A stretch of DNA of 62,280 nucleotides, filler included, from Choristocarpus tenellus KU-1152 (lineage: Eukaryota > Protista > Phaeophyceae): the NCBI GenBank assembly GCA_964200185.2. It is 12 parts of 12 records of this genome, joined end to end, with 100 filler letters (N's around TTAATTAATTAA, not from the genome) between each part and the next. Parts side by side here need not be neighbours in the genome. Positions count along the whole stretch, not along the records: positions 13,285 to 15,936 come from CAXNAD020025945.1; positions 16,037 to 21,528 come from CAXNAD020010621.1; positions 21,629 to 25,706 come from CAXNAD020016340.1; positions 25,807 to 36,512 come from CAXNAD020002770.1; 8 more parts are not named here. One strand, 5' to 3'. The notes beneath the pieces are model-generated. The model saw only the letters and a program-made list of their open reading frames with translations. It ran no database searches and was not told the origin of the DNA. A program made the translations under genes and the position numbers. Each line of letters starts with the position of its first letter. The first letter of the stretch is position 1. Positions 13,285 through 26,660 of this stretch are shown one piece after another.

Positions 13285-15087
13285 CCCCCCCCTTCCTTGC
13301 CATCCTTCAAGTGATGGGATGAGTTTTTTTTTCTGTCTTGGAGGTTTGAATACAATTAATTTTCTTTTTATATTCAGTGCTGCATGAAACGGAAAAAAAA
13401 AGAAAAAGATTAGTTATTGGTCAGTAAAACATGTGAAGGATTTTCTGAGAGACTTTTTAAAATATTTATTGTGATGAGGTGCTGCTTTCTATTCAGTTTT
13501 CAGTTCGCCATGTGTCGTGTTCCGGTTTACTATCAAGTGGTTTTCAATCGAGGGAGGCTTTATAGCAAGCAGTCGTACCGATCTTGATTGTAAAAAAAAA
13601 AGACTCAAGATATTATTTCATAATTGGTTCCACTATTGTCAGAAGTGGTTTGAAGAGGTGTTGGTGGTCAAGGACATCAAACACACCAAAATGAGAATTG
13701 GGGTTAAGAGGATTGCAATGACTGGTGACCGTGTGTGGATTGTAATGGGAAGTGAATGGCCGCCGTTGCTATCTAGCTAGCTATCTATCGATGTTGAGTT
13801 GTGTGTTGTAAAGATGAGAACCTTTGTGTTTGGCAGGTGTACCTTTTGTCTCCAAGGGGTTTCCAGTGAGTGTGCGGTTTCGGATTTGAGTTTAGGGTTA
13901 AGGGTGGGGATTGGATTGGATTGGCTGATAGGGTTAAGGATAGTCTTGAACTAGGTGGGGTACCCCCTCTCGTCGTGTTTGATTTGCACAGTAGAAAGTT
14001 GAGCTGTTGAAAAGATCAAGGGGTGATTGATTTCACAGGCGGGTATTGTGGTTGGGTTCTGGAGACCTTGTGACAGGCTGGATAATGGGAAAGTGGGAAA
14101 GTGAAAGGTAGGAAGGAAGGGGTTGGTGTACAATGGAGGTTTAGAAAGGGTCTGAATGCATAAAGTGGGAACAAGTTAAAGAGGCAGAATTGATAGGCTG
14201 GAGTAAAGCTGAATGCCGCCAAGGGAGTGAAAAACCGCATTGCTTCCCCTTGGTACTGAGGATGACATTTTTGAGTGCTCAGAGACTGGGGAGGGTATAG
14301 AGGAGGTTTTTGAAGAGGAGAAGGAGAAGGATGTGGATGGAGACATAGTAGACTGAGTAGATGATCAAAGAAATTATTATTCTCCATGACTACAAGGCAC
14401 TTTCGTGGTCCAATTCTTGGGTGGTTCAAACATCAATGGACATGGCCTGGAAGGTCAGTTAATCCCATTCAGAAAAATCTTGGGATGCATATCGCCTGGT
14501 GTGTTTTGTCATTACCAGAATGAATGCACCTGAATAGTTGGAAATATTTCAGTGGTTTATGAACAGTAAATGGGCTGTGCTTGCCGAGTTTGTACCCATT
14601 AAAAAAAACAAAAACATCATGTTTACATATTTATATATATATATAAATATATCATTGTACTCTCCTCCGGTACATGTTTCCTATGTTGAAAGTGTAAGTA
14701 AGGTGTACGTGTTTTTGACCTGGTGATGTGTGATTTACACCTCATTCAAACAGTCCCAATGTACGTGTGATAGGTTTTGATACCATTTTCCCGCTATCTA
14801 TGGAATTTCGATTTTGTGTGATAGCTTTTAATACTGATAGGTGTGCCTTGCCCTCAGCTCTCGCCTCATATACACACGTTGTATATTTTGTATCACACGA
14901 GCAAGGTTTGGAAAAGTTACAGATATCATACATGGTGTTATCATCTATGGTCTTATTATACATTCTGTTACTATACATTCTGTTGTCATACGTAGTCGTG
15001 TTAGTAACAACGAGCCATATGATCAGAACCCGTTGAAAATGGTCCCATCCCCTCTTTGACTCATGTACAAACCCCCTGTGTGTTCAG

Positions 15088-15238
15088 CATTGTCTTGATA
15101 GAGGCCAAGCCTGCAGGCATCCTGGCCCTGTTGGATGAGCAGTGTCTGGTACCTCAAGGCACAGATCGCTCGTTTGCGTCCAATATGTACCGCCTCCTTA
15201 CAGATCATCCTCGCTTCAGTGTGCCACATGCGGACAAG
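15088..15238 (+). CDS. Myosin motor domain, single internal exon
   Basis: AG/GT-bounded exon encoding IVLIEAKPAGILALLDEQCLVPQGTDRSFASNMYRLLTDHPRFSVPHADK, which matches the myosin LIExxPxGILxLLDE(E/Q)CxxPxxTD motif. Confidence 0.92.
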
Positions 15239-15936
15239 GTGGGGGGGGGGTTAGGGTTAGGGCTTGGTAATGTTATTTTTGTATGTGTGATGTTTTTGTT
15301 GGGGTTTTTTTGGGGGGGGGGCTTTCATGATTTAAAAATGTACATTTTAGGTGTGAGGTTTCTTTTCTTTTTTTGTAAAAAAAGTCGTTGCTGTGAGTGC
15401 ATGTTTACTTGATTTGATAGGGGGGTGGTGTAAGTGTCTTTCATTTTGGTGGTGATGTACTACTGTTGAAGATTTTAGGGTTGGGTGGGGGGGGGGTTTG
15501 GTGGTCGGATTATGTGGTGTTGGTGATGACGAATGTGAATGGGTGGTTGTTTGTTTCTCACAGTTGTATGTGTTAGGGTTAGGGTTAGTTGTGTGTCAGT
15601 TCAGACCCTCCATGCCCCTTGTTGATTGCCTGGTTGTTGTTCAGACCCTGTTTGCTTTGTTTCCCAAATTGATCGAAAGCAGACTCACCAACACAAAGGA
15701 TGATATATATATATATATATTTATATATTTTAGTGGGGAAACACAAGGCGAGAAGGTAGAGGCATATTGGTAATATTGTATTTTGGAGGTGAACTGATTT
15801 TCCGCCTATTGCCTGCTTTCATTTAGGAAAACTTTTCATACGCCAGGCTCAATTAGTTTTAGGTTGACTCAATGTTTTAATAGGTGTCTTTGGCAGAGAG
15901 ACACACACGCATTGAAAGTGTTACCAACTCCCCCCC

Positions 15937-16036
15937 NNNNNNNNNNNNNNNNNNNNNNNNNNNNNNNNNNNNNNNNNNNNTTAATTAATTAANNNNNNNN
16001 NNNNNNNNNNNNNNNNNNNNNNNNNNNNNNNNNNNN
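15937..16036. other. Artificial contig linker
   Basis: 44N-TTAATTAATTAA-44N. Confidence 0.98.
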
Positions 16037-17457
16037 GGGGGGGGGGGAGGCGGGGGGAGGATGTGGGGGGGGGGGGGGGGGGGGGGTTATTAGATTGTAG
16101 AACGTGGTATTGATTGACTACACATCAAGATATATACATGTAGATTTATAGATTATTGTTATTGTTATTGCTTTGAGGAGGAAACCGGTTGGAGTTCGGG
16201 ATCCAAACCATGGAAGGCTTTGTCGGGAAGACCACAGTGGTGACGAGCTGGCTTTTATTTTGTCCCAACTTGGAAGCGTTCCATGCATCCTCGCTGTTGT
16301 TTACCCCTACTACGGCGCCAACTGTTACAACATTTTCCCTTTCTCTTATTTAGTGTTGCGCGCATCGCATCCCCACACCCGCATAATGCCATACGTTGGT
16401 TTTGAAATATTGTTGAAGCCCCCCCCCCCTCCCCCCGTGAGGGGTGAATCCCGAGTAGTACAAGGGTTGCAGGAGAACGTTTGAGCGCGTTCTATGTGGT
16501 GTTGGTATGTTGTACATCCCATTTTTTTTGGTCAAGAGTGACATAGACATGCCGTAGCAATCGCCGCCGGGGAAACATGCAAATCACTTTATTTGGGGGT
16601 TAGGGTTGGGTTTTTTTAAAGGTTTTATTTTGTGCTCTGTTGTGTAATTTGTGTGTCTGTATGTGTGTGCGTGTGGTTGGTTGGTTGTTTTTTTTCTGGT
16701 ACACTCCGACCCCTCTCGGGGGGGGGGGTTATTATTTTTCAGTATGTATTAGTTTCACATTTTTTTTATTTCAAGAGGATTGGGCTGCTGTACCACAGAA
16801 CTATTGGTTTTGTTAGAGAGTATCCGTCTCTTTCTGCACTGTTGGAAGGCGTGCATTATATGCGAACGATGCTATCTGGCTGGAAGTTGGGCTAGAGCCT
16901 ATCTCGGCAGTACTTGTGCATTCTCTGAGGTGCATTCAAATGTAAGTGCAGGTAGGTAAGGCCTGTTCCGCCTATTTCCTCTAAACGTTCTTGTTTCTTT
17001 TGCCGGCGTGTGTGGAGAGATGGAAGAGGGCTAAAAATCTTTCTACACGAGAGCGCTCTTTGAGAAATTTCTCTTGGTGACTTCTGTGTACTCCGCACTG
17101 GTCCTCTGGTCGATCAATTAATGTCAGTGAAATCATCAGGCGTGTTCTTATTTGCCTGTAGTGTTGTTGTCAGGGGAGCATGTTTTACTATTGGAGCGGT
17201 CTTACAGCCACGGGTGACATTCTTTCTCAGCCCAGTAGTTGGTAGCAGTTATCGTGAGGTGTAAGCACAAGGCTAATCCCTAAGTTGTACTAATATGAGA
17301 AGGAAGAAGGTTGGCAACGTTCAACCCCCCCCCCCTCCCCCCACCCCCCCCCCCCCCCCCCCCGGGCATGCCGGTACAGTTGGCGGGTCGCAACCGGCCA
17401 GGGGAGGGGNNNNNNNNNNCCCCCCCCGTCCCTCCACCCCCCGCCCCTTCCCCCTAG

Positions 17458-19213
17458 GGTATGCGTGTTAGTGTGCGGGATCTCAACAGGCATGGGAAGG
17501 CGGTAACAAGTGGAGTCCTGACAGAAAAGACTCATTTCATCTTCCGATCACGATCCTCCAGAATTTTTTGGCTCGTGCAGGTATTGGGGGGGTGGGGGTG
17601 GGGGTGGGGGATGGGGATGCATCAAGTGGCTGTCCTACAATTTGACCATGTGTCAGTATCCATCGTATATGTGATGGTGCCATCATTCTGCAGATCGGTT
17701 CGATCTCCTTCCCATCGTTGTCCATGAGTAAGTATCCACCATCACACGTTAGTGCAGTAGGGCGCCATTTTGCGGATGGGTATCCATGATTAATTTGGAC
17801 ACCGCGGCTTCTGCCTGGGTACCATGACCATGCCCTGTCGCGCTTGAATTGTGATAAAGGAAGAGTCGCCACAGCTCTCAACTCCGTGCAAATGTGAAAC
17901 GCGCGCTTGAGGCTACACCCTCCCTTACCTAACCCTGCCACAGAAGTATTTGATAGAGTACGGAATAGGTCCGCTTCATGTGTGACATGTAGAGGTACGC
18001 CTTGCTCTCGACGATGCCCCTGCCGCCCGCCGACTGCTCAAAGCTCCGCGCGCGAGTATCGGGGATCTCCTTTTGCCTTTTTGGAATGCTCACAAAAAAA
18101 AAATAATAATAACAACAACAACAACAACAACAACAACTGCTGTGTGTTGTGTGTTGTGTGTTTTCTTTTTCCTCGCTCTCCGGAAAAGATAAGCGTGGAG
18201 ATGTATGAGTTCAGTCAGGACGGGGTGCTGTACAGCACAGTCTTCATCGACCAGTTCGTGAGGAAGCTCATGGGGAAGTGGAAGGCGTTGGACGTGAAGC
18301 ACTCGCTGACGGTGGTGTTCTTCTGCCGGACCATCTATCCAAGGAGGCTGGTAGGTATTTTCGCGTAGGGTAGGATGTGACTCTGTGCCGCTTGACCCCC
18401 GATACTGGATGGAAACGAGCAGCCTTGTGTGAAGTTGTCCGAACGTGGTGCTGTGTCTCTCAGTGTGCTTTTCATGTTGAGCGATGTCATGGTCGGCAGC
18501 AGTTGTGTAGTATTAGGGCCTCGTCGTGCCCCCGTAACACTATTCCGGTAGTGGGGGTGAGGATGACCTCGTGGGCGAGGGATCGCATTGCGAAGTATGG
18601 CGGTTTGCACCAGGGGAACAACCACGTGAATTGCGTCGAGCCAAGAGGTTGCGCTCATCCCGCAAACGCCTCTAGTTTTTTTGTGATGGTGGGTGTCGCT
18701 GTCCTCTCTTCGCTGTGGTCATCTCGTCTTTCTCAGTGGGGCAGTGAGGTTGGGGCACCAGACAAGAGGAATCCTGGGAGGCTGGGCAGGCTTACCAGTT
18801 TTCTGAGTTAGTAAACCACTTTTTTTTTTTTTCATCAAACAAGAGCTTCCGATTAGAATCCGACTCCACGTGCTTGCAATTCCCTCACCTCACCCTCCCC
18901 CTCCACCCTGCCTGATCTTCTCCTTGCATACAAATCCCACACCCGTTGATGATAGGAAATACAAGAGGAAGACCCACGAATACTGAAAGATTTTGCCAGT
19001 CTCGACAAGAGGCCGCTATATAAGGATTCCAGCGGCCAGAACTACGAAGACATGTACAAGGTAGGTGCTGCCGCTCCGGAGTTGAACAGCTTTTATGTCT
19101 CAGTCCCTTGAGTTCCGGCCCCTGCCCGACGTTCCCCCTCTCCCACACGCTAAAAAAGGAGGTGGGTTCTTGAGAGTATACAAACCCCCCCAGTAACTGC
19201 GACTCTCCGAGGC

Positions 19214-19252
<39 letters not shown>

Positions 19253-21217
19253 TGTCTTCTTTTTTTTTAAGAGGCTGATTTTGTCCCAAGCAGCTGCACT
19301 GCACTTGCGCAGCGGGAGGAGAAGAGGTGTAGTTGAAGGCGGTCCCCGATGACAACGGCGATGGGCGAGGAGATGGATTGATCGCTTCACTTTTCACCTC
19401 TCGGTGTGGGCGTGACTGAGCGATGTCTCCCCATGCGAGGAAGTTCCCGCACGCCCCCCCCGCACTGTGTCGATAGTGAGGTGTACCTTGTTTTGTGTAT
19501 ATGAGATTATTGTGTTGAATTGAGCACACTTACCACACCAGTGCCCTGTCTGTTTTGTCTTGTCTGTTTCAAGTGGAGAGTACCGTAAAGATCTCGTGAG
19601 TCTGGTAAGGTATTGCCTGCATACCGGAGTTTTTTTTTTTAAGTTACCTGATACCAGTATAGAACAGCGCTGTACCTTTAAGTGGCACCAGTAAAGTACC
19701 GTACCTTCAAGTGTCCAGCACGTGCATGCAAGCGTTTTTACCCGGCGAGCTGTTGTTCTTATCCTGAGTCTGCGCGTGAGCTCAACACTGTTATCAACCA
19801 CGTCAAACTCACATAGAGAGAGGAAAGAGGAGTAAACACTCAATTTTTACACTTACACTCTGCATAGCATAGCATCCCATGTATAATCCGTAACATCCCG
19901 TGTCTATAGCTCATGTGCGGACCTTTTTTTTTATTGTTTATATCAGTGCTGTGATTGGCAGGGAATGCTCAGGGACCGTGCAATGACCAATGCTTCTTTT
20001 TTTTGCATGGAGCTACAAATTTGTGATTGGCAAAATAATTGCAGTCATTGAAATGGTCCTTCCAGAACACACCCATTCGCCCATTGGCGGAAGCTTTTTG
20101 AATCGGGCATTAACCTAATGCACACCTGATGTGTATTTTGGGGGGTTAAAAGTGTGGGTTAAGTGTGAGTGGGGCGAATCTAAGCATTGGTTCAGGGTAG
20201 TGTTTTGGGGACCGAAATTCTCGCTGTTGTTTTGGGCATCTGGTTTGATGTACCCTTTGTTGTGAGGAGGTGTCTGCAAAAAAGAGATCGAGCAAGGGTT
20301 GCCCCCGATTGATGTTGACTTGCTAGTAGTACTCTCTTCGGTTGATTTGACCGGGGTTTTTTTTTTTAATCCTGAATTAAGAAAGAACGCTTGGTATGTG
20401 TACTCTACTATCGATGGATGTGAGAGTTAGGTTTTGGATTTTGGATTTATTTATTTTTTAAATGTGTTTTGTAGAATGAAAAATTATGTGAAAATGAAGA
20501 GCCGGATCGCGAAAAATGTGACCCTTGCGGACTGTTTTGTTAAGGTTTGGAAAAGGTGTTGGTCAGTTTGTGGCGGTAGTATTTATAATAATAATAAAAA
20601 TAGTAGTAGTGTTTATTATAGTAGTAGTAGTAGTAGTAGTAGTAGTACAATATCCTAACTCAATCAACAATTCCATCTCACTGACCATTGATTTTTTTTT
20701 TCTAGACAACAGCACAGTGCTAAATTGACCATTTTGGGAGGGTGGACTGCTGCCTTTTCCCCCCCTAACCCTAACCCTGGTTTCCAACGGTGATGGTCTT
20801 TTTTTTGTATCACCGAACTAAAATATTTGTCACGGAGTACAGTATGACCCGCTTCATTTTTTTTTTATTTCTATGATTTTTACTACTGCTTTATTCTCAG
20901 TAATTTACTTCTAGCATGATCTTTATCGATTTGCCTTGATCTGATTTCGTGATGGAAAATAATAAAATAAAATAAATAGTTGTGTTATTATATTTTCTTC
21001 TTTATCAAGAACTTAACCCCTTTTCATTTTTTTTGCTGTATCCAATGTTTTTCGGTACATTTTCTTTTTATGACTTTTTTCTTCTTCCCCCTACACCCTA
21101 CACCCTACCCCCTTGTAGTTGGTGGTGGAGAACGAGACCCTGGAAGAGGCAGAGCTGGTCATGAGACTCAAGACAGAGATCCTGTCCTTCCCAGAAACCA
21201 TGGGGTGGTGCAAGAGG
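17458..21217 (+). CDS. DEPDC5: GATOR1/SEACIT subunit DEPDC5 (Iml1), internal exons
   Basis: Exons 17458-17580, 18189-18350, 18956-19060 and 21119-21217 (all phase 0) give ...SGVLTEKTHFIFRSRSSRIFWLVQ-ISVEMYEFSQDG...KWKALDVKHSLTVVFFCRT...YEDMYK-LVVENE, the conserved IML1 domain motifs. Confidence 0.9.
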
Positions 21218-21438
21218 GTCAGACTGAGCGCCCCCCGCCATGAGCCAGTCGAGAGCGGTGGTCAGGGTGGGAGAAAAGGGGATGGTAAAGGGGATATTTA
21301 CGTTGGTATTCCATCAATGGCAACGCAGGGGAATTTTCTTGAGGTGGGATGAATATACATCTGAAGTTGAACAGTGGAGGCGTTACTTGGGTTAGTGGTC
21401 GCCGGGGGTTGTCAGGGTTTTGAGATACTGAGGGAAGT

Positions 21439-21473
<35 letters not shown>

Positions 21474-21528
21474 AGAGTTTAGCGCCCCCGCCGTGACTTC
21501 TCAAAGAACGCCCTTATAATTAGTTGGA

Positions 21529-21628
21529 NNNNNNNNNNNNNNNNNNNNNNNNNNNNNNNNNNNNNNNNNNNNTTAATTAATTAANNNNNNNNNNNNNNNN
21601 NNNNNNNNNNNNNNNNNNNNNNNNNNNN
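21529..21628. other. Artificial contig linker
   Basis: 44N-TTAATTAATTAA-44N. Confidence 0.98.
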
Positions 21629-21639
21629 CAATCCTTTAC

Positions 21640-24600
21640 CTGTGAGGCCAATCGGAGGCCATTGATTGATGCACCACACCCCTGAAAGGTAACCAATTCC
21701 CTGTCCACCCCATCCCGAAGTCCAATGGCTTTGGCCAAGTCCCTATCCAACCTCATGCCGAATTCCTGAATTTTTGGCCGGTGGGGGGGGGGGGAACGCA
21801 CAGGTGATAGAATGAATGATAAATAATGTAGCAGATCAAAAGTGCAATTTAGGTATGTGAGGCGAAAACATACACCCTAGATACATAAAATGCACAAACA
21901 CTTTGGCCACAGCAAACATCGTGATCTGACTTGCACAGCATGCCCCCCCCCCTGTATACCTGACATACAGCAGTGATTGGACACATATGTTTTTTTCAGT
22001 TTCAAGCCTACCTGGTACAACCAAAGAAAAAATAATAAAATCCCAAAACACTACATCAGACACGAAGTAAGACACGAACCATACCAAGTCGTATTTGTAT
22101 TTCATATTTTGTACATTAATTCAGTGCACAGTTCACACATATTTCTTATCATTATGTTTATAGCTCTGGCAAGGAGGGCGGTGAACAAAGTATCTTTAGG
22201 CTGCTTCCGTGAAGTCAGAAACAATGCTCACAACCAAATCCCTATGTGTTAGGGTTGCACGCAACAAAATTTAAACAGATCAGCAATGTACTCTGAGCAT
22301 TCAAAAAAGCATACACACAACAACAACAACAACAACAAAAATAATAATATTAATTTTTGTTCAAGAAAAGAAAAAACATCAGAAAATATTTTTCACAAAG
22401 TTTTGAGCTTTGAAACCTGCAGATAATTCCAAAAACGCATGTTATCGCTCGAACAATTGGGATGCATTTCATGTCTCTGGCCTTGGTATGGGAGGGGGGA
22501 AGGAGGGGAAATGCCACCGCCACCAACATCAAGTGCAACTACATCCTACAGATATAACCCCACAGGAACAGCCTAATCCCAACCCTAACCCTAAACTCGA
22601 CCCTCAGGTTACTCCTATCTTAGTGTATTTTTTACCAAACGGTACATCGAACCGTCTACTAGGATCAACATGTTGCCAAACTATAAATCATGCCATGGTT
22701 CTTTTTTTTTCTGAATGCTGAGACAAACAAGTCCTCCACAGCCAAGCATAGGGTATATCACCAAACTGTCTCCAACTGTGAGAGGATGTACAATCGAGTA
22801 CTTTACTGGTGGAGAGGCACACTTCCAACACTTATCCTGCAGGGTATGTATGTGGGGTGTGTCCTACGTTCAGAGAAGTAAGTAATGTAATACCAAGAGT
22901 CAGGGGACGGAGGAGGGGGGCAAAATATTCTATTCATCCTACTTTTTTCTTTTTTTTAAAAACCTGACACTACAGTCAAGTCAAGATCAAGTGAAACCGA
23001 CAAGAAAGAGAGGTCATGTCATTACCGACTACCACAAAAGGTATACATCACTCCGAGCACAGCACAGTACTCACCCTTCAATCGACAAGCAGGGCCATTC
23101 TGCACAAGGTGCTTGGCATGCAAATTAAATTGCGACCAAGAGGGTAGGTGAGTCAGCCCCACATCCCTCCCCCACCTTACACCACTCGTACTAATGGCAT
23201 GCGCAGGACGGATTAAACGGATATAGGGTATAGGCATTGAAACCCCCCTAGGGTCTAAATCTGATCGAAATCCGCGTCAAGGAATAAAATCCCGTAGTCA
23301 CCTCGTAAGCCCAACACTTTTTTTTTTTTAATACCCCAGAAGCTAAGAAGAAAAAACCCAGACTTTAGGTACTAAGGTATCAAAAATAAAATTTACCATA
23401 GAATTGGGATATGTTTCCCCACTCACCCCCGTTGAAGTCACTAGCACTAGCCGTCCAATCTGTGATGGTGCCACACCAGCCTGTGAAAGGGCACGTCCCG
23501 CCACAGCTGTTGCCAACGGAAGGGCACACTCCCTAAAACGCTGAAAGCGCTTGTCGGATGACATGGTATAGCTGCACCAAGATGAAGAAGAGTGGACAGA
23601 TAGGAGGCTACTGTTTTAGATGACGTGGTGCACAGGGGAGTGGGATGTTGGTGCTCTCTGCTCCGGACTGAATGGGGAACAGGGATACCCTTGCAATGGA
23701 CTACTCTGTGCGAAACGGTTGAGTATCGGAGGAGAGAGTTTCGTACTTGCCAGCACCTTTTTTTCCCCCATGCTCAGAAATATGATAATGAGAAAACGGC
23801 AGGACCGTCAGAGTTATATTAGTAGAGCGAGAGTACAGATAAATCTTTTCTAAAATAGAGCATTCTATTCTGTTCATTGACCTCATTGTGATGCATCCAC
23901 ATTTCACATTGGTAAAAAGAATGCTCTTCCTATTATAATTTCTACCGCAGATGGCCACTAGACTATTATACTGCGGTCATAGCGCTGTGTTATTGGTGGG
24001 CTTTTGATATGGAGGTTACAAGGTGTAGCCCTTCATCTCAAACTCAAAACTGTAACCTTGCCACAGCAAAAATAATAGCTTGGACTAGCCCAGGCGAATT
24101 TTTACCAGGGCGGTGTAACAAGTGGAGAAAGACACCAACAGAAGCTGGCACACGAGTAAGATCTATCCCACTCCTGAAACAGCAATGATATTGGAAAGTA
24201 GAGCGTTGATAGGTTAGGGCTAGACCTGAGTTTTCGAGTTTGGGCAACAGGAGAGGTGCAACACAACAGAGTGTGCTGAGGGTACATCCGGTGGAAGCTA
24301 TCGCTGCGTATCGCTGTCATGGGTCCAATGGTCGGGAAAGGCAGTCCAGCAATTGAAGCTGCCAAGACCATCGCACTTGGCGAGAAAGCAGGGTCAATAC
24401 AACTTATCATCCGATAGGGGAGAAAAAGAGAACCCTTAGGTTTCTTCCCTCTCCGAGAACCGATGCTACCGTGACATAGCGACACTACTGTTCACCTGTA
24501 GTCGGGCGGATAGAATTCTTCCTCCCCCCATGCGACCCCTCCTTCCCCATCTTCGGCACCCAAGCCAGGGACACAAAAGTATCTCGTGTCGATGCGCGAG

Positions 24601-24857
24601 TTGTTGTAAATGCGTTCGAGTACGGGAGCCACTGCACTGCAGTGGTCGATGCGGGCAGCTGAGCGAAGTGCTTGTCCGCGCGTGCACTTGTGCCTCGGGT
24701 TTCCTGTGGAGATGCTGGAAAGTAAGGTAGGGACAGCGTTGTTTGAGAGGACACATTGATAACATCCTGACCTTATTTTTCCCAAATAAGACATGCTGGG
24801 TAAAATCATTAGTGGATGCCCATCTGCTGAGCAATGTGGTGGTGAAGGATGTGCCAT
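21640..24857 (-). CDS. Type III polyketide synthase (chalcone synthase fold, brown-algal PKS1-like), N-terminal half; 3' truncated, start uncertain
   Basis: Exons ~24857-24496, 23571-23427 and 21765-21640 splice in frame: STGNPRHKCTR..PVLERIYNNSRIDTRYF..FYPPDYSY..RFQRFRECALPLA..RLVLVTSTG-EFGMRLDRDL..GVDRELVTFQGCGASING. The catalytic Cys is present in FQGC. Confidence 0.9.
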
Positions 24858-25706
24858 TCTTACATGGCGGGATCAAACAGCTAACGGTTGTCATTGGTAC
24901 AAGGCATTAAACTGTCGGCTAGTTGCAGCAGAGTGGGGGTTGGAAATCCGTCCAGGTTACTGCGATAACTGAAGTGGGAAGTAACGTCACCTTAGAATAA
25001 CCGCGATCAAAGGCTCTCGAGGCTTTTCCCTCCCTGATCGCAGGAGCATCCACGCGATGAAAACTATCCCCCCACTGGAAAGGAGAAAGAGTACCCATAG
25101 CAGCCCCATGAGGAGAGTCCCAAATCAGAACAAAGTACAAGAGAAATGACTTAGTGTCTATCTTCCTCTTCTGCCAACTGAGAACTAGACCGTAAAACCC
25201 ATACAAACAGAGAGAGTACAAGGCGAGTCAGATGGAAGTTTAAAGTTCTTTGATAAGTCCAATTTCCAAGATAGCACCACCTCTATAGATGACGTTCTGC
25301 TCTCTTACACAACAGATCAACTACGAAGGTAGAGTTGAAAAAGTAAAATAGTACTACTATATTGTATGTACTACTATACTTTTGTATACCACCAGTTCGT
25401 TTGTATTTGATTAGAACAGTTTTCAAAAGTGTACTATACTGTATGTGTGTATTATGGTATTTTTTATCCTATCGGGTATTGAAGTATAGGAACCGTTTTA
25501 TTATTTTGTACAAGTTGTGAAGGTGATGGATGACTTTTGAAATATCGTCACGAATGTCATCATATTCAAACACATTGAACAGTCTTGTATATTTTATTAT
25601 TATGCCCTCTGACATTTTGCAGATGTGTCAGGGGAAATGTGGAAAGCATGTTTGTCTGTTATTATACAGTATTGCTCGTATGCCATATACCGTTATACCG
25701 TGGTAC

Positions 25707-25806
25707 NNNNNNNNNNNNNNNNNNNNNNNNNNNNNNNNNNNNNNNNNNNNTTAATTAATTAANNNNNNNNNNNNNNNNNNNNNNNNNNNNNNNNNNNNNN
25801 NNNNNN
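25707..25806. other. Artificial contig linker
   Basis: 44N-TTAATTAATTAA-44N. Confidence 0.98.
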
Positions 25807-25844
25807 CTCCTTGTTTTCTGATTTTGGGAGCCGGATTTTTCATT

Positions 25845-26019
25845 GACCCAAAGTATCTGGGGGGGGGGGGTCTACACCAGAGTGTCCATTTTGGACCAAA
25901 ACCTGGAAAATTGCACTTTCATTATCCATCCAACGTATGGAACCAAATCACACAAAAATCGAGACATGAAAAAATTGGCCCCAAATGGACAGCCGCCACT
26001 CCTCCAGATACTTTGACGC
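25845..26019 (+). mobile_element. MITE family B, full length (~175 bp)
   Basis: TIRs GACCCAAAGTATCTGG / CCAGATACTTTGACGC; flanking 3-bp duplication ATT. Confidence 0.88.
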
Positions 26020-26660
26020 ATTGTAGATCTTGTTGTGGCTGATGAGTTTGTGTTGGATAGAACCTATGAGTAGTATGTATTTTTAGCACACTGAACTATA
26101 TTCTATATTCCAAGCATGTGAAATGTTGTAAAATAAAAAAGTGGAAATTTACTCCTATAGTATGAGCCAATGTCGGGCTAAGCGAATGTTGCAAAGTGTG
26201 TGTGTGTGTGTCCCTGATTGGTTGATTATTCAGTGTGTCATGTTGGAACGGGAGTTATCCCTCATGACCTGATGGAACCTGTGGATATTTTTATGGCATC
26301 TGTGGGACATTTGACTAGTGATGGTTTCATAGCATGGGAACATAGGAAAAAAGGGAAGAAAAACAAAGCACTGTTCAAACCCCCTACACCAAGCTCTGAA
26401 TCTGATATGAGAGACACCTTGATCAATTTCAGCTATGAAATTGTTGTAAAGATGAAATTAATGTAAGAGGCACTCTGTATTTCCCCCAAGTTTGGGGTTG
26501 AAGGACCAAATGAGCTATACCCTGTTTTTTTTCCTAGCGGGTCTGATGCTGATTCATCTAGTTCTTAACCTCTCACTGAGTGTCATTGTTTGTCCCTCTG
26601 CTGCTCTGCTTTGTCGATTGGCATACCTTGCCTCACATTCAAGGGTGTCCATGTTCACAG

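Noticed and set aside
13500-14520. Purine-rich stretch that looks like decayed coding sequence
   Set aside because: No motif could be recognised in any frame; it may be a TE relic but this cannot be supported.
13095-21472. Long poly-C/poly-G runs at contig ends as G-quadruplex regulatory elements
   Set aside because: They coincide with assembly breaks, and their lengths are unreliable in short-read data.
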